Shown piece after piece: positions 1 to 10,365 of a stretch of DNA of 64,000 bases (position 1 is its first letter; each line of letters opens with the position of its first letter). Source of the stretch: Thermodesulfobacteriota bacterium (GTDB lineage: Bacteria > Desulfobacterota_D > UBA1144). The notes below the pieces were generated by a model. It was not told the origin of the DNA, made no database searches, and saw nothing but the letters and a program-made list of their open reading frames with translations. The stretch lies in contig JAYYZJ010000005.1 in assembly GCA_036340075.1 (NCBI GenBank), positions 32,001 to 96,000 of the forward strand, in the 5' to 3' direction. The position numbers and the translations under genes were made by a program.

Positions 1-472
1 ATACATCTTCAGTATTTTCTCTAAAAATAACCATGTCCATGTAATGTGGGTTTTTTACAGGTGAAGGTGTTCCTTCAATCCATCTAACAGGTCTAACACA
101 AGCATACAAATCCATTATTTGCCTTAAAGATACATTAAGACTTCTTATTCCTCCTCCAACAGGAGTTGTAAGAGGTCCTTTTATTGAAACTAAATATTCG
201 CTAATAACATCAGTAGTTTCTTGAGGTAACCATTCTTTTGTAATTTCTAATGCTTTTTCTCCAGCATAAACTTCTGCCCATGATATTTTTTTTGATCCTT
301 TAAAAGTTTTTTCTACGGCGGCATCAAAGACTCTAACTGAAGCTCTCCATAAATCTGGACCTATCCCATCTCCCTCAATAAATGTAATTATTGGATTATC
401 AGGAATATTATAAGTTCCATCCTGGTTAACTGTAATCTTGGCTCCGTCACTTGGTATTTTTACGTTTGACAT
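1..472 (-). CDS. icd: NADP-dependent isocitrate dehydrogenase, 5' part (runs off the window's left edge)
   Basis: Not in the ORF track. Manual translation from ATG 472 gives [14 protein letters not shown]...[19 protein letters not shown]...[22 protein letters not shown], typical dimeric IDH motifs; GGGAG SD upstream. Confidence 0.95.
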   Translation of the reverse strand, partial: MSNVKIPSDGAKITVNQDGTYNIPDNPIITFIEGDGIGPDLWRASVRVFDAAVEKTFKGSKKISWAEVYAGEKALEITKEWLPQETTDVISEYLVSIKGPLTTPVGGGIRSLNVSLRQIMDLYACVRPVRWIEGTPSPVKNPHYMDMVIFRENTEDV

Positions 473-534
473 GTCAATTCTCCCTGTAATTAGTACAATG
501 AAAAATATAATAAATAAAAGGAAAAAATCAATTA

Positions 535-3198
535 TTAATTTGCTTTTTGCATTTGTCGTAGAACAGTTTGAAGTATTCCACCATTATAAAAGTATTCTAC
601 TTCTACTAGTGAATCGAGCCTACAAAGAACTGTTATTTCTCTCTGGTTATCACTATTCTGAACTTTTACCGACAATTGAGAAAGTGGCTTCAAATCGCTT
701 GAAATACCTGTTATTGTAAAAAATTCATCCCCTTTGATTTCATGAAATTCCGCATTTTCACCATCAATAAACTGTAGAGGTAAAACTCCCATTCCAACCA
801 AATTACTTCTGTGGATTCGTTCAAAACTTTCTGCTATTACGGCTTTAACTCCTAAAAGCATAGTCCCTTTTGCAGCCCAATCTCTGGAACTACCTGTTCC
901 ATATTCTTTTCCTGCTATGACAATTAAAGGAGTCTTAGTTTCTTTATAGCTCATCGCTGCATCATAAATTGGTAAAGTTTCATTTGTATCAAAGAACCTT
1001 GTAAAGCCTCCTTCAACATCTTCTAACAATTTGTTCTTTATTCTAATATTTGCGAAAGTTCCTCTCATCATTACTTCATGATTTCCTCTTCTTGACCCAT
1101 AACTATTAAAATCTTTAGGGTCGACTCCTCTATTAGTTAAATATCTTCCTGCGGGTGTATCTTCAGTAAAAGAACCAGCTGGTGATATGTGATCTGTAGT
1201 AATTGAGTCACCTAAGTATGCTAGAACTCTTGCATTCTCAATATCTGGCACTTTTGGCAAGTCATTTGAAAATTCATCAAAGAAACCTGGCTTCTGTATA
1301 TAAGTCGACTTTGTATTCCATTCGTAAATTGAACCCTTAGGAACAGAAATCGACTCCCATCTTTTGTCACCAATAAAAATGTTGTTGTATCGATTAACAA
1401 AAGTGTCAGGAAGAATTGAACTATTAACTGTTTCTCTGATTTCATCATTGCTTGGCCATATATCTTTCAAATAAACATTTGATCCATCAGTTGATGTTCC
1501 TATTTTTTCTTCATAAAAATTAATATCAATAGTTCCAGCTAATGCGTAAGCAACAACTAGTGGTGGGGAGCCAAGATAAGACAATCTAATTAATGGATGC
1601 ACTCTCCCTTCAAAATTTCTGTTACCACTTGAAACTGCTGCAACATGCAAGGAATTGTCTGTAATTGGTTTCGCCACTTCATCTGGCAAAGGACCACTGT
1701 TGCCTATACATGTTGTGCAACCAAAACCAACGGTTTTAAATCCAATATCAGATAAGCTTTTAAGCAATCCAGCATTCTCTAAGTAATCAACAACAACTTT
1801 TGATCCTGGCGCTAAACTAGTTTTTACATAAGAAGGCACTTGTAATCCTAACTCTGTTGCTTTCTTAGCAACTAAGCCTGCTGTAATCATTACGTAGGGA
1901 TTTGAAGTATTTGTACAGCTTGTTATTGCTGCTAAAACTACTGAGCCGTTACGTATTGACTCGCTTGAATCTTCAATTTCAAAATTATCATCATTAGTAA
2001 TTTGTCTTGATTTCAACTCTTGCTTTAAATTGCTTTTCATTTCTGACAAAAGAATTCTATCTTGAGGTCTCTTTGGTCCAGCAAGAGCTGGTTGAACCGA
2101 TTCAAGATTTAAATATAATGTTTTTGAATATTCTGGGTCTTGGCTTGAGGCATCTCTAAAACTATTTTGATTTTTATAATATTTTTCTACTAACTCAATT
2201 TCCTCGTCAGTTCTGCCAGTTAATTTTAAATAATTTAATGCTTCTTGATCCACAGGAAAAAACCCCATAGTTGCACCATATTCAGGAGCCATATTTGCAA
2301 TTGTTGCTCTATCCGGTAGCGGCAGATTATCCAAACCAGGGCCATAAAATTCAACAAATTTACCAACAACGCCTTCTTGTCTAAGCATTTCAGTAATATT
2401 TAGAACTAAATCAGTCGCGGTAACTCCTTCGCATAAATTTCCTTCCAACTTAAATCCTACAACATCAGGGATTAAAAAATATAAAGGCTGTCCTAGCATA
2501 GCTGCTTCTGCTTCAATCCCACCTACTCCCCATCCAAGAACACTAATCCCATTAATCATTGTTGTATGCGAATCTGTTCCAACTAAAGTATCAGGTATAC
2601 AAACTTCTTGATTGTCTTGATTAACTTTTTGAACCAATTTGGCAAGGTATTCCAAATTAACCTGGTGAACTATTCCATTTCCAGGGGGGACGGCTCTAAA
2701 ATTAGTAAAAGCTTCTTGTGCCCATCTTAAAAAAGAATATCTTTCTTGATTTCTTTCAAACTCAAGCTTTGTATTCAATGAGAGAGAATCTTGCTCTCTG
2801 AAATAATCAACTTGTACTGAATGGTCAATCACTAAATCTACTGGAACTAATGGATTAATAGAATCAGTTTTTCCACCTAGTTTGTTGACAATGTCTCTCA
2901 TAGCAGCCAAGTCAGCAACACAAGGAACACCAGTAAAATCTTGCAATACCACTCTAGAAGGTTTAAATGGTATTTCAAATTTTTCATTATTATTAGCAAT
3001 GAATTTTTTAATTAGTTCTTCTTTAACAATTTTGTTATCAAAATTTCTAATTAGATTTTCAAGAAGAACTCTGAGGGAATATGGCATTAATTTTAAGTCA
3101 AAAGACAAATCTTCCGATAATTTAGGTAATGAATAAAAAGAAAACTTTTTTCCATCATCAGAAAGCTCTTTAGTTACCAAATAATCACTTTTATTCAT
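535..3198 (-). CDS. acnA: Aconitate hydratase A
   Basis: 887 aa; [42 protein letters not shown] motifs. Confidence 0.97.
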   Translation of the reverse strand: MNKSDYLVTKELSDDGKKFSFYSLPKLSEDLSFDLKLMPYSLRVLLENLIRNFDNKIVKEELIKKFIANNNEKFEIPFKPSRVVLQDFTGVPCVADLAAMRDIVNKLGGKTDSINPLVPVDLVIDHSVQVDYFREQDSLSLNTKLEFERNQERYSFLRWAQEAFTNFRAVPPGNGIVHQVNLEYLAKLVQKVNQDNQEVCIPDTLVGTDSHTTMINGISVLGWGVGGIEAEAAMLGQPLYFLIPDVVGFKLEGNLCEGVTATDLVLNITEMLRQEGVVGKFVEFYGPGLDNLPLPDRATIANMAPEYGATMGFFPVDQEALNYLKLTGRTDEEIELVEKYYKNQNSFRDASSQDPEYSKTLYLNLESVQPALAGPKRPQDRILLSEMKSNLKQELKSRQITNDDNFEIEDSSESIRNGSVVLAAITSCTNTSNPYVMITAGLVAKKATELGLQVPSYVKTSLAPGSKVVVDYLENAGLLKSLSDIGFKTVGFGCTTCIGNSGPLPDEVAKPITDNSLHVAAVSSGNRNFEGRVHPLIRLSYLGSPPLVVAYALAGTIDINFYEEKIGTSTDGSNVYLKDIWPSNDEIRETVNSSILPDTFVNRYNNIFIGDKRWESISVPKGSIYEWNTKSTYIQKPGFFDEFSNDLPKVPDIENARVLAYLGDSITTDHISPAGSFTEDTPAGRYLTNRGVDPKDFNSYGSRRGNHEVMMRGTFANIRIKNKLLEDVEGGFTRFFDTNETLPIYDAAMSYKETKTPLIVIAGKEYGTGSSRDWAAKGTMLLGVKAVIAESFERIHRSNLVGMGVLPLQFIDGENAEFHEIKGDEFFTITGISSDLKPLSQLSVKVQNSDNQREITVLCRLDSLVEVEYFYNGGILQTVLRQMQKAN

Positions 3199-3204
3199 CT
3201 ATAA

Positions 3205-3660
3205 TTACCTTTCAGCAAAATTAATCTTTTCAATTTGTTTAATTTTATCAAGTCTAGATTCATGTCTTCCGGATTCATAATCAGTCGTTAGCCAAAGTTC
3301 AATAATGTTTTTAGCAACGTCTGCTGAAACATATTTAGCACCTAACGTAATAATATTAGAATCATTATGTGATCTAGACATTATTGCTATATTTACGTCA
3401 TTAGCTACTACCGCTCTAATATTTAAATATTTATTTGCAACTATATTCATACCGCAACCAGAGGCACATATTAAAATTCCTCTTTGATATTGATTTTGAG
3501 AAACTCTTTTTGCAACCTCGGAAGCAGAGTCTGGATAATCAAATGCATCTTCCGAATATGTTCCAAAATCTTTATATTCGAATTTTAATTTTTCTAAATA
3601 TTCTTTTATCTCTTCCTTAAGGAAGAATCCTCTATGGTCAGAACCAATAGCAATTTTCAT
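3205..3660 (-). CDS. rpiB: Ribose-5-phosphate isomerase B
   Basis: IAIGSDH, ICASGCG (CGSG-like), HNDSN, GRH motifs. Confidence 0.93.
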   Translation of the reverse strand: MKIAIGSDHRGFFLKEEIKEYLEKLKFEYKDFGTYSEDAFDYPDSASEVAKRVSQNQYQRGILICASGCGMNIVANKYLNIRAVVANDVNIAIMSRSHNDSNIITLGAKYVSADVAKNIIELWLTTDYESGRHESRLDKIKQIEKINFAER

Positions 3661-3661
3661 T

Positions 3662-4897
3662 TTACTCCTCGAATTTTTTAAAAACTAAAGTACAGTTTGT
3701 TCCACCAAAACCAAAAGAATTACTTACTACAACTTTAATATCTTTCTCAATGGAAACATGAGGAACATAATTAAGGTCGCATCCTTCTTGAGGATTGTCT
3801 AAATTTATAGTTGGAGGAACTACTCCTTCGTGTATAGCCATCGAACAGATACCTGCCTCAATACCTCCAGCAGCTCCTAAAAGATGACCAGTTATTGATT
3901 TTGTAGAACTAACAAGAAGGTCTTTAGAATGTGAATTAAAAACTTCCTTTATAGCATTAGTCTCATTAATATCATTCTGTTGAGTAGAGGTTCCATGAGC
4001 ATTTATGTAATCAACTTCATCGTAATTAATTTTAGAATTTCTTAAAGCAGAATTCATACAAATAACTGGGCCTTCTATCGAAGGTGAAGTTATATGATGT
4101 GCATCTCCACTCATACCAGAACTAAGAAGTTCAGCATAAATAGTAGCACCTCTCTTTTTTGCATGATTTAACTCTTCAAGTATTACAAGTCCTGAGCCCT
4201 CAGACATTACAAATCCGTCTCTATCAGCATCGAAGGGTCTTGAAGCTCCTTTTGGATTATCATTTCTTGTTGATATTGCTCTCATAACATTAAAACCTGA
4301 TATTGCTACATGTACCAAAGGTGCCTCAGCACCACCTGCAACCATTGCGGTTGCATCCCCTCTTTCAATCATCATAGCCGCATAAGCAATAGCATGAGCT
4401 CCAGCGGCACATGCTGTAGCAGTAGCGCAATTAGGACCTTTTAAATTGTTAAAAATTGAAACATAACCTGCGGCCATATTGGGCACCATTGAAGGGACAA
4501 AAAATGGTGAAACTCTGGAAGGACCCTTGTCTTTGTAAACAACTACATTGTCTACAAAAGTTTGAATACCACCTATGCCTGAACCTATATAAGAACCTAT
4601 TAGATGAGAATTTTTTTCAGTTATTTCTAGACCAGAATCTTTAAGTGCCATTGAAGCAGCTGCTGCTGCATAACAGATAAACACATCGCTTCTTCTAGCT
4701 TCCTTTGGATCCATAAAGTCTTCTGCATTAAAATCGGAGGGAACCTCTCCCCCAAATTTAGTCTTTAAATCAGAAGCATCAATCCTTTTTAGAAAATCAA
4801 TCCCTGAAATTCCTTCTTTAACTTTTGGCCACACCTCCTCTTTCCCAATTCCAAGAGAGGAAAGCATGCCTACACCTGTCACTACTACTCTATTCAT
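3662..4897 (-). CDS. fabF: 3-oxoacyl-ACP synthase II
   Basis: TACAAG catalytic Cys, NAHGTST, TGHLLGAAG, SFGFGGTN. Confidence 0.96.
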   Translation of the reverse strand: MNRVVVTGVGMLSSLGIGKEEVWPKVKEGISGIDFLKRIDASDLKTKFGGEVPSDFNAEDFMDPKEARRSDVFICYAAAAASMALKDSGLEITEKNSHLIGSYIGSGIGGIQTFVDNVVVYKDKGPSRVSPFFVPSMVPNMAAGYVSIFNNLKGPNCATATACAAGAHAIAYAAMMIERGDATAMVAGGAEAPLVHVAISGFNVMRAISTRNDNPKGASRPFDADRDGFVMSEGSGLVILEELNHAKKRGATIYAELLSSGMSGDAHHITSPSIEGPVICMNSALRNSKINYDEVDYINAHGTSTQQNDINETNAIKEVFNSHSKDLLVSSTKSITGHLLGAAGGIEAGICSMAIHEGVVPPTINLDNPQEGCDLNYVPHVSIEKDIKVVVSNSFGFGGTNCTLVFKKFEE

Positions 4898-4899
4898 TA

Positions 4900-5139
4900 T
4901 TATTTCTTATTTTTTTCTATGTAATTAATGGCATCACTTACTTTTAATATTTTTTCAGCATCTTCATCCGCTATCTCAACACCAAATTCATCTTCCATGC
5001 TCATTATCAACTCGACAAGGTCTAATGAGTCTGCGCCTAAATCCTCTATAAATTGAGAATCAAGAGTAACTTCGCTCTCGTCTTTTCCTAGCTGTTCAGC
5101 AATCATTGTAATTACTTTTCCTTTAATTTCGTCTGACAT
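4900..5139 (-). CDS. acpP: Acyl carrier protein
   Basis: DLGADSLD phosphopantetheine site; GGAGG SD. Confidence 0.97.
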   Translation of the reverse strand: MSDEIKGKVITMIAEQLGKDESEVTLDSQFIEDLGADSLDLVELIMSMEDEFGVEIADEDAEKILKVSDAINYIEKNKK

Positions 5140-5150
5140 ATATGTCCTCC

Positions 5151-5891
5151 TTAGGTGTAAAGACCACCATTAATCTTTAATATCTCTCCAGTTATATATG
5201 ATGAATCATCTGAAGCTAAAAACAATACGGCTTTTGCAACATCTTCCGGTATACCAAATCTTGACAAAGGAATAATCTCTTTATACTTTTCTTTTATTGC
5301 ATCAGGAAGAACATCTGTTATATCAGTTTCGATAAATCCTGGGCTAATAGCATTAACATTAATATTTTTAGAACCCAACTCCTTTGCTAAAGATTTAGTG
5401 AATCCCATGATAGCTGACTTGGTAGATGAATAATTAACTTGTCCTGGGTTTCCCATTTCGCCTACCACAGATGTTATATTTATTATTTTTCCATACTGAT
5501 TTTTAATCATTGATCTAACAACATTTTTTGTACAGTTGTATACTCCTTTAGTGTTTACTTCAAACACTTCGTCCCATTGCTCTTCTTTCATTCTCATAAA
5601 AAGAGAATCTCTAGTTATTCCTGCATTATTAATCAAGATATCAATCTTTTCATATTTTTCCAAAATGTATTTGATTTTATCTTCTACTTCTTTCGTATTG
5701 GCAACGTTAAAATTCAGTATCTCACCTGAGCCACCTGAATCCTTAAGAGTACTTAAAACTTCTTTGGCAGAATCTTCAGAATTTCCATAATTGATAATTA
5801 TCGTTGCTCCTGCTTTAGCAAGTTCAAGACAAATCGCCCTACCTATACCTCTAGATCCACCTGTTACTAATGCGATTTTTCCTTCAAGCAT
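5151..5891 (-). CDS. fabG: 3-oxoacyl-ACP reductase
   Basis: [21 protein letters not shown]; located in the fab cluster. Confidence 0.96.
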   Translation of the reverse strand: MLEGKIALVTGGSRGIGRAICLELAKAGATIIINYGNSEDSAKEVLSTLKDSGGSGEILNFNVANTKEVEDKIKYILEKYEKIDILINNAGITRDSLFMRMKEEQWDEVFEVNTKGVYNCTKNVVRSMIKNQYGKIINITSVVGEMGNPGQVNYSSTKSAIMGFTKSLAKELGSKNINVNAISPGFIETDITDVLPDAIKEKYKEIIPLSRFGIPEDVAKAVLFLASDDSSYITGEILKINGGLYT

Positions 5892-5893
5892 AA

Positions 5894-6808
5894 TTATATT
5901 TTGTCCAAATCGGCTTTTTCACCGAAATTTAAAACTTGGCAATCTGGGACTATTCTTTTAATCAGCCCTGATAAAACATTTTTTGGTCCAACTTCCAGAA
6001 AAGATTTAACTCCTAGATTCTTGTTTAGATAATTTATTGATTGATGCCATAGGACTGGACTAACCAATTGATCCAGGAGAAGATCTTTAATCTTGTCTTT
6101 GTCATCCATAGTTTTAGCATTAAAATTGGAAACCATGGGAATTTTAAAATCGAGAAAATTAACCGAATCTAAAACAACTTGCATTTTATCAACTGCTGAT
6201 TTCATTAGTTCAGAATGAAAAGGAGCGCTTATATCTAGTAGAACGACTCTCTTTGCTCCTGCTTTTTTTGCTAAATCAGCTGCTTTCTCTACTGCCATTT
6301 TGACTCCTGAAATTACTACTTGTCCAATACTATTGTAATTTGCAGGTGCTACATAAGATTGGTCATTCGATGCTTCTTTACAAATTTCATTTACTTGCTC
6401 GTCTGGCAAACCTAAAACTGCAGCCATACCACCTACTCCAACTGGAACAGCTTCTTGAGTATATTCACCTCTTTTTCGTACTGCCCAAATCGCATCCTCA
6501 AAATTAAGTGATCCAGATGCTACTAAAGCTGAATACTCACCAAGGCTATGGCCAGCTACGAAACATGGTTTGATATCTTTTATAGATGTTAGAACTCTAT
6601 GGGCTGCTGTACTTACAGTTAATATAGCAGGTTGTGCATTTACAGTTAAATGAACCTCTTCACTTTCGAAGCACAATTTTTTCATATCAATTCCTAATTT
6701 TTCACTTGCTTGAGCAAAAGTAATCCTTGCCTCTTCAAAGTTTTCATATAAATCTTTTCCCATTCCTACATACTGGGAACCTTGTCCTGGAAAAACTAAA
6801 GCTAACAT
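5894..6808 (-). CDS. fabD: Malonyl-CoA:ACP transacylase
   Basis: FPGQGSQ, GHSLGEY, APFHS. Confidence 0.96.
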   Translation of the reverse strand: MLALVFPGQGSQYVGMGKDLYENFEEARITFAQASEKLGIDMKKLCFESEEVHLTVNAQPAILTVSTAAHRVLTSIKDIKPCFVAGHSLGEYSALVASGSLNFEDAIWAVRKRGEYTQEAVPVGVGGMAAVLGLPDEQVNEICKEASNDQSYVAPANYNSIGQVVISGVKMAVEKAADLAKKAGAKRVVLLDISAPFHSELMKSAVDKMQVVLDSVNFLDFKIPMVSNFNAKTMDDKDKIKDLLLDQLVSPVLWHQSINYLNKNLGVKSFLEVGPKNVLSGLIKRIVPDCQVLNFGEKADLDKI

Positions 6809-6842
6809 TTAAGTGCTCCTTTATTTTTTATCATATTAGTTA

Positions 6843-7007
6843 TCAATTCTTTCTAGAATTTTGGTATTCCTCAATCGATCTAAATCTATGAGAAATTTTG
6901 AGTTCTCCGGATTTTTTATCTTTAGAAAGTCCACTTAAAGTAATTTTTTGGTGATTTCTTCTCTTTCTAACTTTAGATTTTGAAGTTTTTCTTTTTGGTA
7001 CTGCCAT
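6843..7007 (-). CDS. rpmF: 50S ribosomal protein L32 (form without Zn-binding Cys)
   Basis: MAVPKRKTSKSK...SGELKISHR; start moved to ATG 7007, which follows an AAGGA SD. Confidence 0.93.
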   Translation of the reverse strand: MAVPKRKTSKSKVRKRRNHQKITLSGLSKDKKSGELKISHRFRSIEEYQNSRKN

Positions 7008-7045
7008 AATAATGTCCTTTAATTTGGTATTATAGGGCAAAATTA

Positions 7046-8557
7046 TTATTTTACAACTTGCAATAACTTTCTTGTGATTTCGTGAGATGGAGAGGTAAAA
7101 ACTTCCTCAGTATTACCCATTTCTACTATTAATCCTTCAGATAATACAAGTACTTTTTCACATAAATCCTCTATTAATCTATAATCATGTGTTATGAACA
7201 AAACTGTAAAATTTTTACTTCTTAATAATTCCTTAATAATTGAGATTATCTCTATCTGTGATTTAACATCCAATGAAGACATTGGTTCATCAAATACAAT
7301 GAATTCAGGATTCGACAATATAGCTTTTAAGATTAATATTTTTTGCCTCTGTCCACCGCTTAAGGTAGATGGAAATTGATTTAAAATTTCAATAGGCAGC
7401 CTTATTTTAGAAAGATTATTTTTAATAATTTCCTTTTTTTCATTAGAATTATATTTTTCAATATTAAAAAATGAATCTAAAAGTATATTCTGAATCTTCC
7501 TTTTTGGATTCAAAGAACCGAGTAAATCTTGAAAAACAATTTGAGCCTTATGTGAATAATCTTTACTGCTAATTTGATTTATATTTTTACCATTATATAG
7601 AATCTCTCCCGAACTAGGAACTAGCAACTTAGTTATTAACTTTGAAATTGTACTTTTTCCTGAACCACTAAGACCTATTAAGCCTACAGCTTCTCCTTTA
7701 TTTAAAGAAAAGTTTAGATTGTTTAATATCAATTCTTTCTCTTTATCAAACTTAAAAGAAATATTATTTAGATTTATGAGTTCAGTTCTTGAATTAACTA
7801 TTTCTTCTACTTCTGGAAGATTATTTCTTGCTAGTGATCTAGAGTCATCATAGTATCTTCTAATTTCAAAAACATTTTTATATTTTATTATTTTTTTATC
7901 TTTAACCTCATAACATTCGCTAGAATAATTGGAAACTATTCTTGGGTCATGAGTAATAATTAGTATTGTAAGTTGTCTATTGGTTGAGATTTTAACTAAT
8001 AAGTCCAAAATAAGTTTTTCATTTACTGCATCTAAAGATGATGTCGCCTCATCTGCTATTAACATTTCTGGATTATTTTGAAGGGAAAGAGCTATTAAAA
8101 CTCTTTGAGCCATACCTCCGCTAAGTTCATGAGGAAACTTTTTTAATAAAATATCTATTTCGTGAAAACCAACTTCTAATAAGAGATTAGTTGCAATTTT
8201 TTTAACTTCGGAATCATTAAGTTTGTTTTTTGCATTCGTTTCGAAATGCTTTAAAACAGTAAGAGTAGGATTTAATGATGACAAAGGCTCCTGTGGTATA
8301 TAGGATATATTTTTTTCATATCTATCTACGATTTCTTGACCGTTGTATTTAAATGACTTAAATTTCTTTTTTGCATTATATAGAAATTCTTTTGACATTA
8401 AAGAATATGCAAACAATGATTTTCCTGAACCGCTTTCTCCTACAATCGATACTATCTTCCCTTTTTCAATACTAAAATTAGAGTCTTTGAGTAAAACTTT
8501 ATCCTCAGCTTCTAAAGATGTCAGGATTAGAGATTCAACTTCCAGTAGATTAACCAT
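7046..8557 (-). CDS. Fused double-domain ABC ATPase of the peptide/nickel (DppD/F-like) family
   Basis: Two Walker A motifs (GESGSGKS, GLSGSGKS), two LSGG signatures, two Walker B and H-loop motifs. Confidence 0.88.
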   Translation of the reverse strand: MVNLLEVESLILTSLEAEDKVLLKDSNFSIEKGKIVSIVGESGSGKSLFAYSLMSKEFLYNAKKKFKSFKYNGQEIVDRYEKNISYIPQEPLSSLNPTLTVLKHFETNAKNKLNDSEVKKIATNLLLEVGFHEIDILLKKFPHELSGGMAQRVLIALSLQNNPEMLIADEATSSLDAVNEKLILDLLVKISTNRQLTILIITHDPRIVSNYSSECYEVKDKKIIKYKNVFEIRRYYDDSRSLARNNLPEVEEIVNSRTELINLNNISFKFDKEKELILNNLNFSLNKGEAVGLIGLSGSGKSTISKLITKLLVPSSGEILYNGKNINQISSKDYSHKAQIVFQDLLGSLNPKRKIQNILLDSFFNIEKYNSNEKKEIIKNNLSKIRLPIEILNQFPSTLSGGQRQKILILKAILSNPEFIVFDEPMSSLDVKSQIEIISIIKELLRSKNFTVLFITHDYRLIEDLCEKVLVLSEGLIVEMGNTEEVFTSPSHEITRKLLQVVK

Positions 8558-8610
8558 ATAAATTAAATCTTAGTTTATTTCCTACTAATATAAAAGTGTA
8601 TAATTGTTTT

Positions 8611-9081
8611 ATGGAGAATTTATTCAAAAAGATTCTTATGGCTGGTCTTGTTTTAGTTGTCGGGTCAACTCTGGTCTTTGTTTACTTAAATCACATTAAA
8701 GCAGTAAAAATTGAAGCTAACTTAGAAGTAAATAGTTTGATTCAGAAAGAAACCTTCAAAAATAGAGATGAAGTACTTTCTTATATTAAAAAATCTGAAT
8801 CAAAAAAATACAGTAATTCTTCATACTTGCTACCTTTGCTTTCTAGCAACTATTTTCTTAAAATTAATAACAAAGAAACTGCTCTAGAAATTTTGAAAAA
8901 TATTTCTAATTCAGAATCTCCTCTCATTAATGACTTAGCTTTTTCTTTACAAAGCAGAATTTATGCAGAGATGGATATTTGCGACAAATCGAGAGATTCT
9001 TTTAAGAAGATTAATTCTTATAATTCAATAGCAACAGATACAAGAACTTATATAGGAAAATGCTTGGAGGTATTGAACTAA
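8611..9081 (+). CDS. Membrane-anchored helical protein, possibly YfgM/TPR-like
   Basis: N-terminal TM segment then a helical domain; start ATG 8611. The family assignment is tentative. Confidence 0.55.
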   Translation: MENLFKKILMAGLVLVVGSTLVFVYLNHIKAVKIEANLEVNSLIQKETFKNRDEVLSYIKKSESKKYSNSSYLLPLLSSNYFLKINNKETALEILKNISNSESPLINDLAFSLQSRIYAEMDICDKSRDSFKKINSYNSIATDTRTYIGKCLEVLN

Positions 9082-9431
9082 TGTTTCTATACATTTTAAT
9101 TGGAATTGCTGGCGGTTTTATGAGTGGGTTTATGGGTATAGGTGGTGGTCTAATTATGGTTCCATTGTTAGTGATATTGGCAAAATTTACTCAACATATG
9201 GCTCAAGGAACATCTTTAGCTGTTCTTACCTTGCCAGTTGTGATTTTTGGAGCATACCAATATTATCAAGAAGGTAATATAAACATGAATGCCGCAATAA
9301 CAATAGCTATTTTCTTTTGTATTGGCATATTTCTAGGTTCAAAGACTGCTCATATGCTTTCTTCAGAGAATTTAAAAATTATATTTGGTTTTTTGATGAT
9401 TTTTATTGGAATTAGAATGATAATCAATTAG
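9081..9431 (+). CDS. Half-size TauE/SafE (TSUP) family membrane protein
   Basis: GFMGIGGGLIMVP and AQGTSLA motifs, about 4 TM; TAATG overlap with the upstream gene. Confidence 0.85.
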   Translation: MFLYILIGIAGGFMSGFMGIGGGLIMVPLLVILAKFTQHMAQGTSLAVLTLPVVIFGAYQYYQEGNINMNAAITIAIFFCIGIFLGSKTAHMLSSENLKIIFGFLMIFIGIRMIIN

Positions 9432-10365
9432 AAGTGAAACAATCACAATACTTAATTAAATCTTCCTTGTTCTTAAACCAAATCATTTCTTTATCTTTTT
9501 TCAACCAAGTTAATTGTCTTTTAGCAAATCGTCTAGTGTTAGTTTTTATTTTTTCTATAGCTTCATCTTTAGTTAAATCTCCCTTAAAATATGAGCATAT
9601 TTCCTTATATCCTATAGAACCAAGCGGCTTAATGTTGTAGCCAAAGGATTCAATTAAAGCATCAACTTCATCAAAAAGTCCTTCTGATATCATTTCATCG
9701 ACTCTAGCATTTATTAATTCATCCAACTTACTTTTAGAAATTAAAAGAGCAACCTTAATAATTTCACAATCTTTAAGGGGAATTTGTTCTTCTTCTGCAA
9801 ACAACTCTGATGGAAGTCTGCCAGTTAGTTGATTTATTTCTAAAAATCTAATTATTCTTTGACTATCATTGGAACTTATTTTTTTTGCTTGAACTGGGTC
9901 AATATCTCTGAGCTTATTGTACATATGCTCTATCCCATTAGAATTTAGCTCTTCCAATAATTTATTTCTATCTAATTCATTTTTAGATAAATCGGAAATC
10001 AGACCATCTACTAATGCTTTAATGTAGAGCTGTGTTCCTCCTGAAATAATCAATTTGTCTTTACTAGATAAATCTATTACTTCCCTAGCAATTTGCATAT
10101 ATTCCCATGCGTTAAAATCCTGATCTGGCTCTATTATATCAACAAGGTGATGTCGTATCTCGCTCATTATATTCTTTGGAGGCTTACCTGTACCTATGTC
10201 AAACTTTTTATAAACATGCATTGAGTCTGCTGAAACAATCTCTGTTTTGTATCTTTTTGCTAATTCAATAGAAATAGTTGTTTTACCACTTGAGGTAGGC
10301 CCAGTTAGTATTATAATTTTTTTTTCGTTTATTTTATTCTCGGAAATCTTCAATGTTCTTATCAA
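9424..10365 (-). CDS. miaA: tRNA dimethylallyltransferase
   Basis: GPTSSGKT, DSMHVY, DIGTGK, IGYKE, TRRFAKRQLTW; exact start uncertain. Confidence 0.93.
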   Translation of the reverse strand: MIRTLKISENKINEKKIIILTGPTSSGKTTISIELAKRYKTEIVSADSMHVYKKFDIGTGKPPKNIMSEIRHHLVDIIEPDQDFNAWEYMQIAREVIDLSSKDKLIISGGTQLYIKALVDGLISDLSKNELDRNKLLEELNSNGIEHMYNKLRDIDPVQAKKISSNDSQRIIRFLEINQLTGRLPSELFAEEEQIPLKDCEIIKVALLISKSKLDELINARVDEMISEGLFDEVDALIESFGYNIKPLGSIGYKEICSYFKGDLTKDEAIEKIKTNTRRFAKRQLTWLKKDKEMIWFKNKEDLIKYCDCFTSN

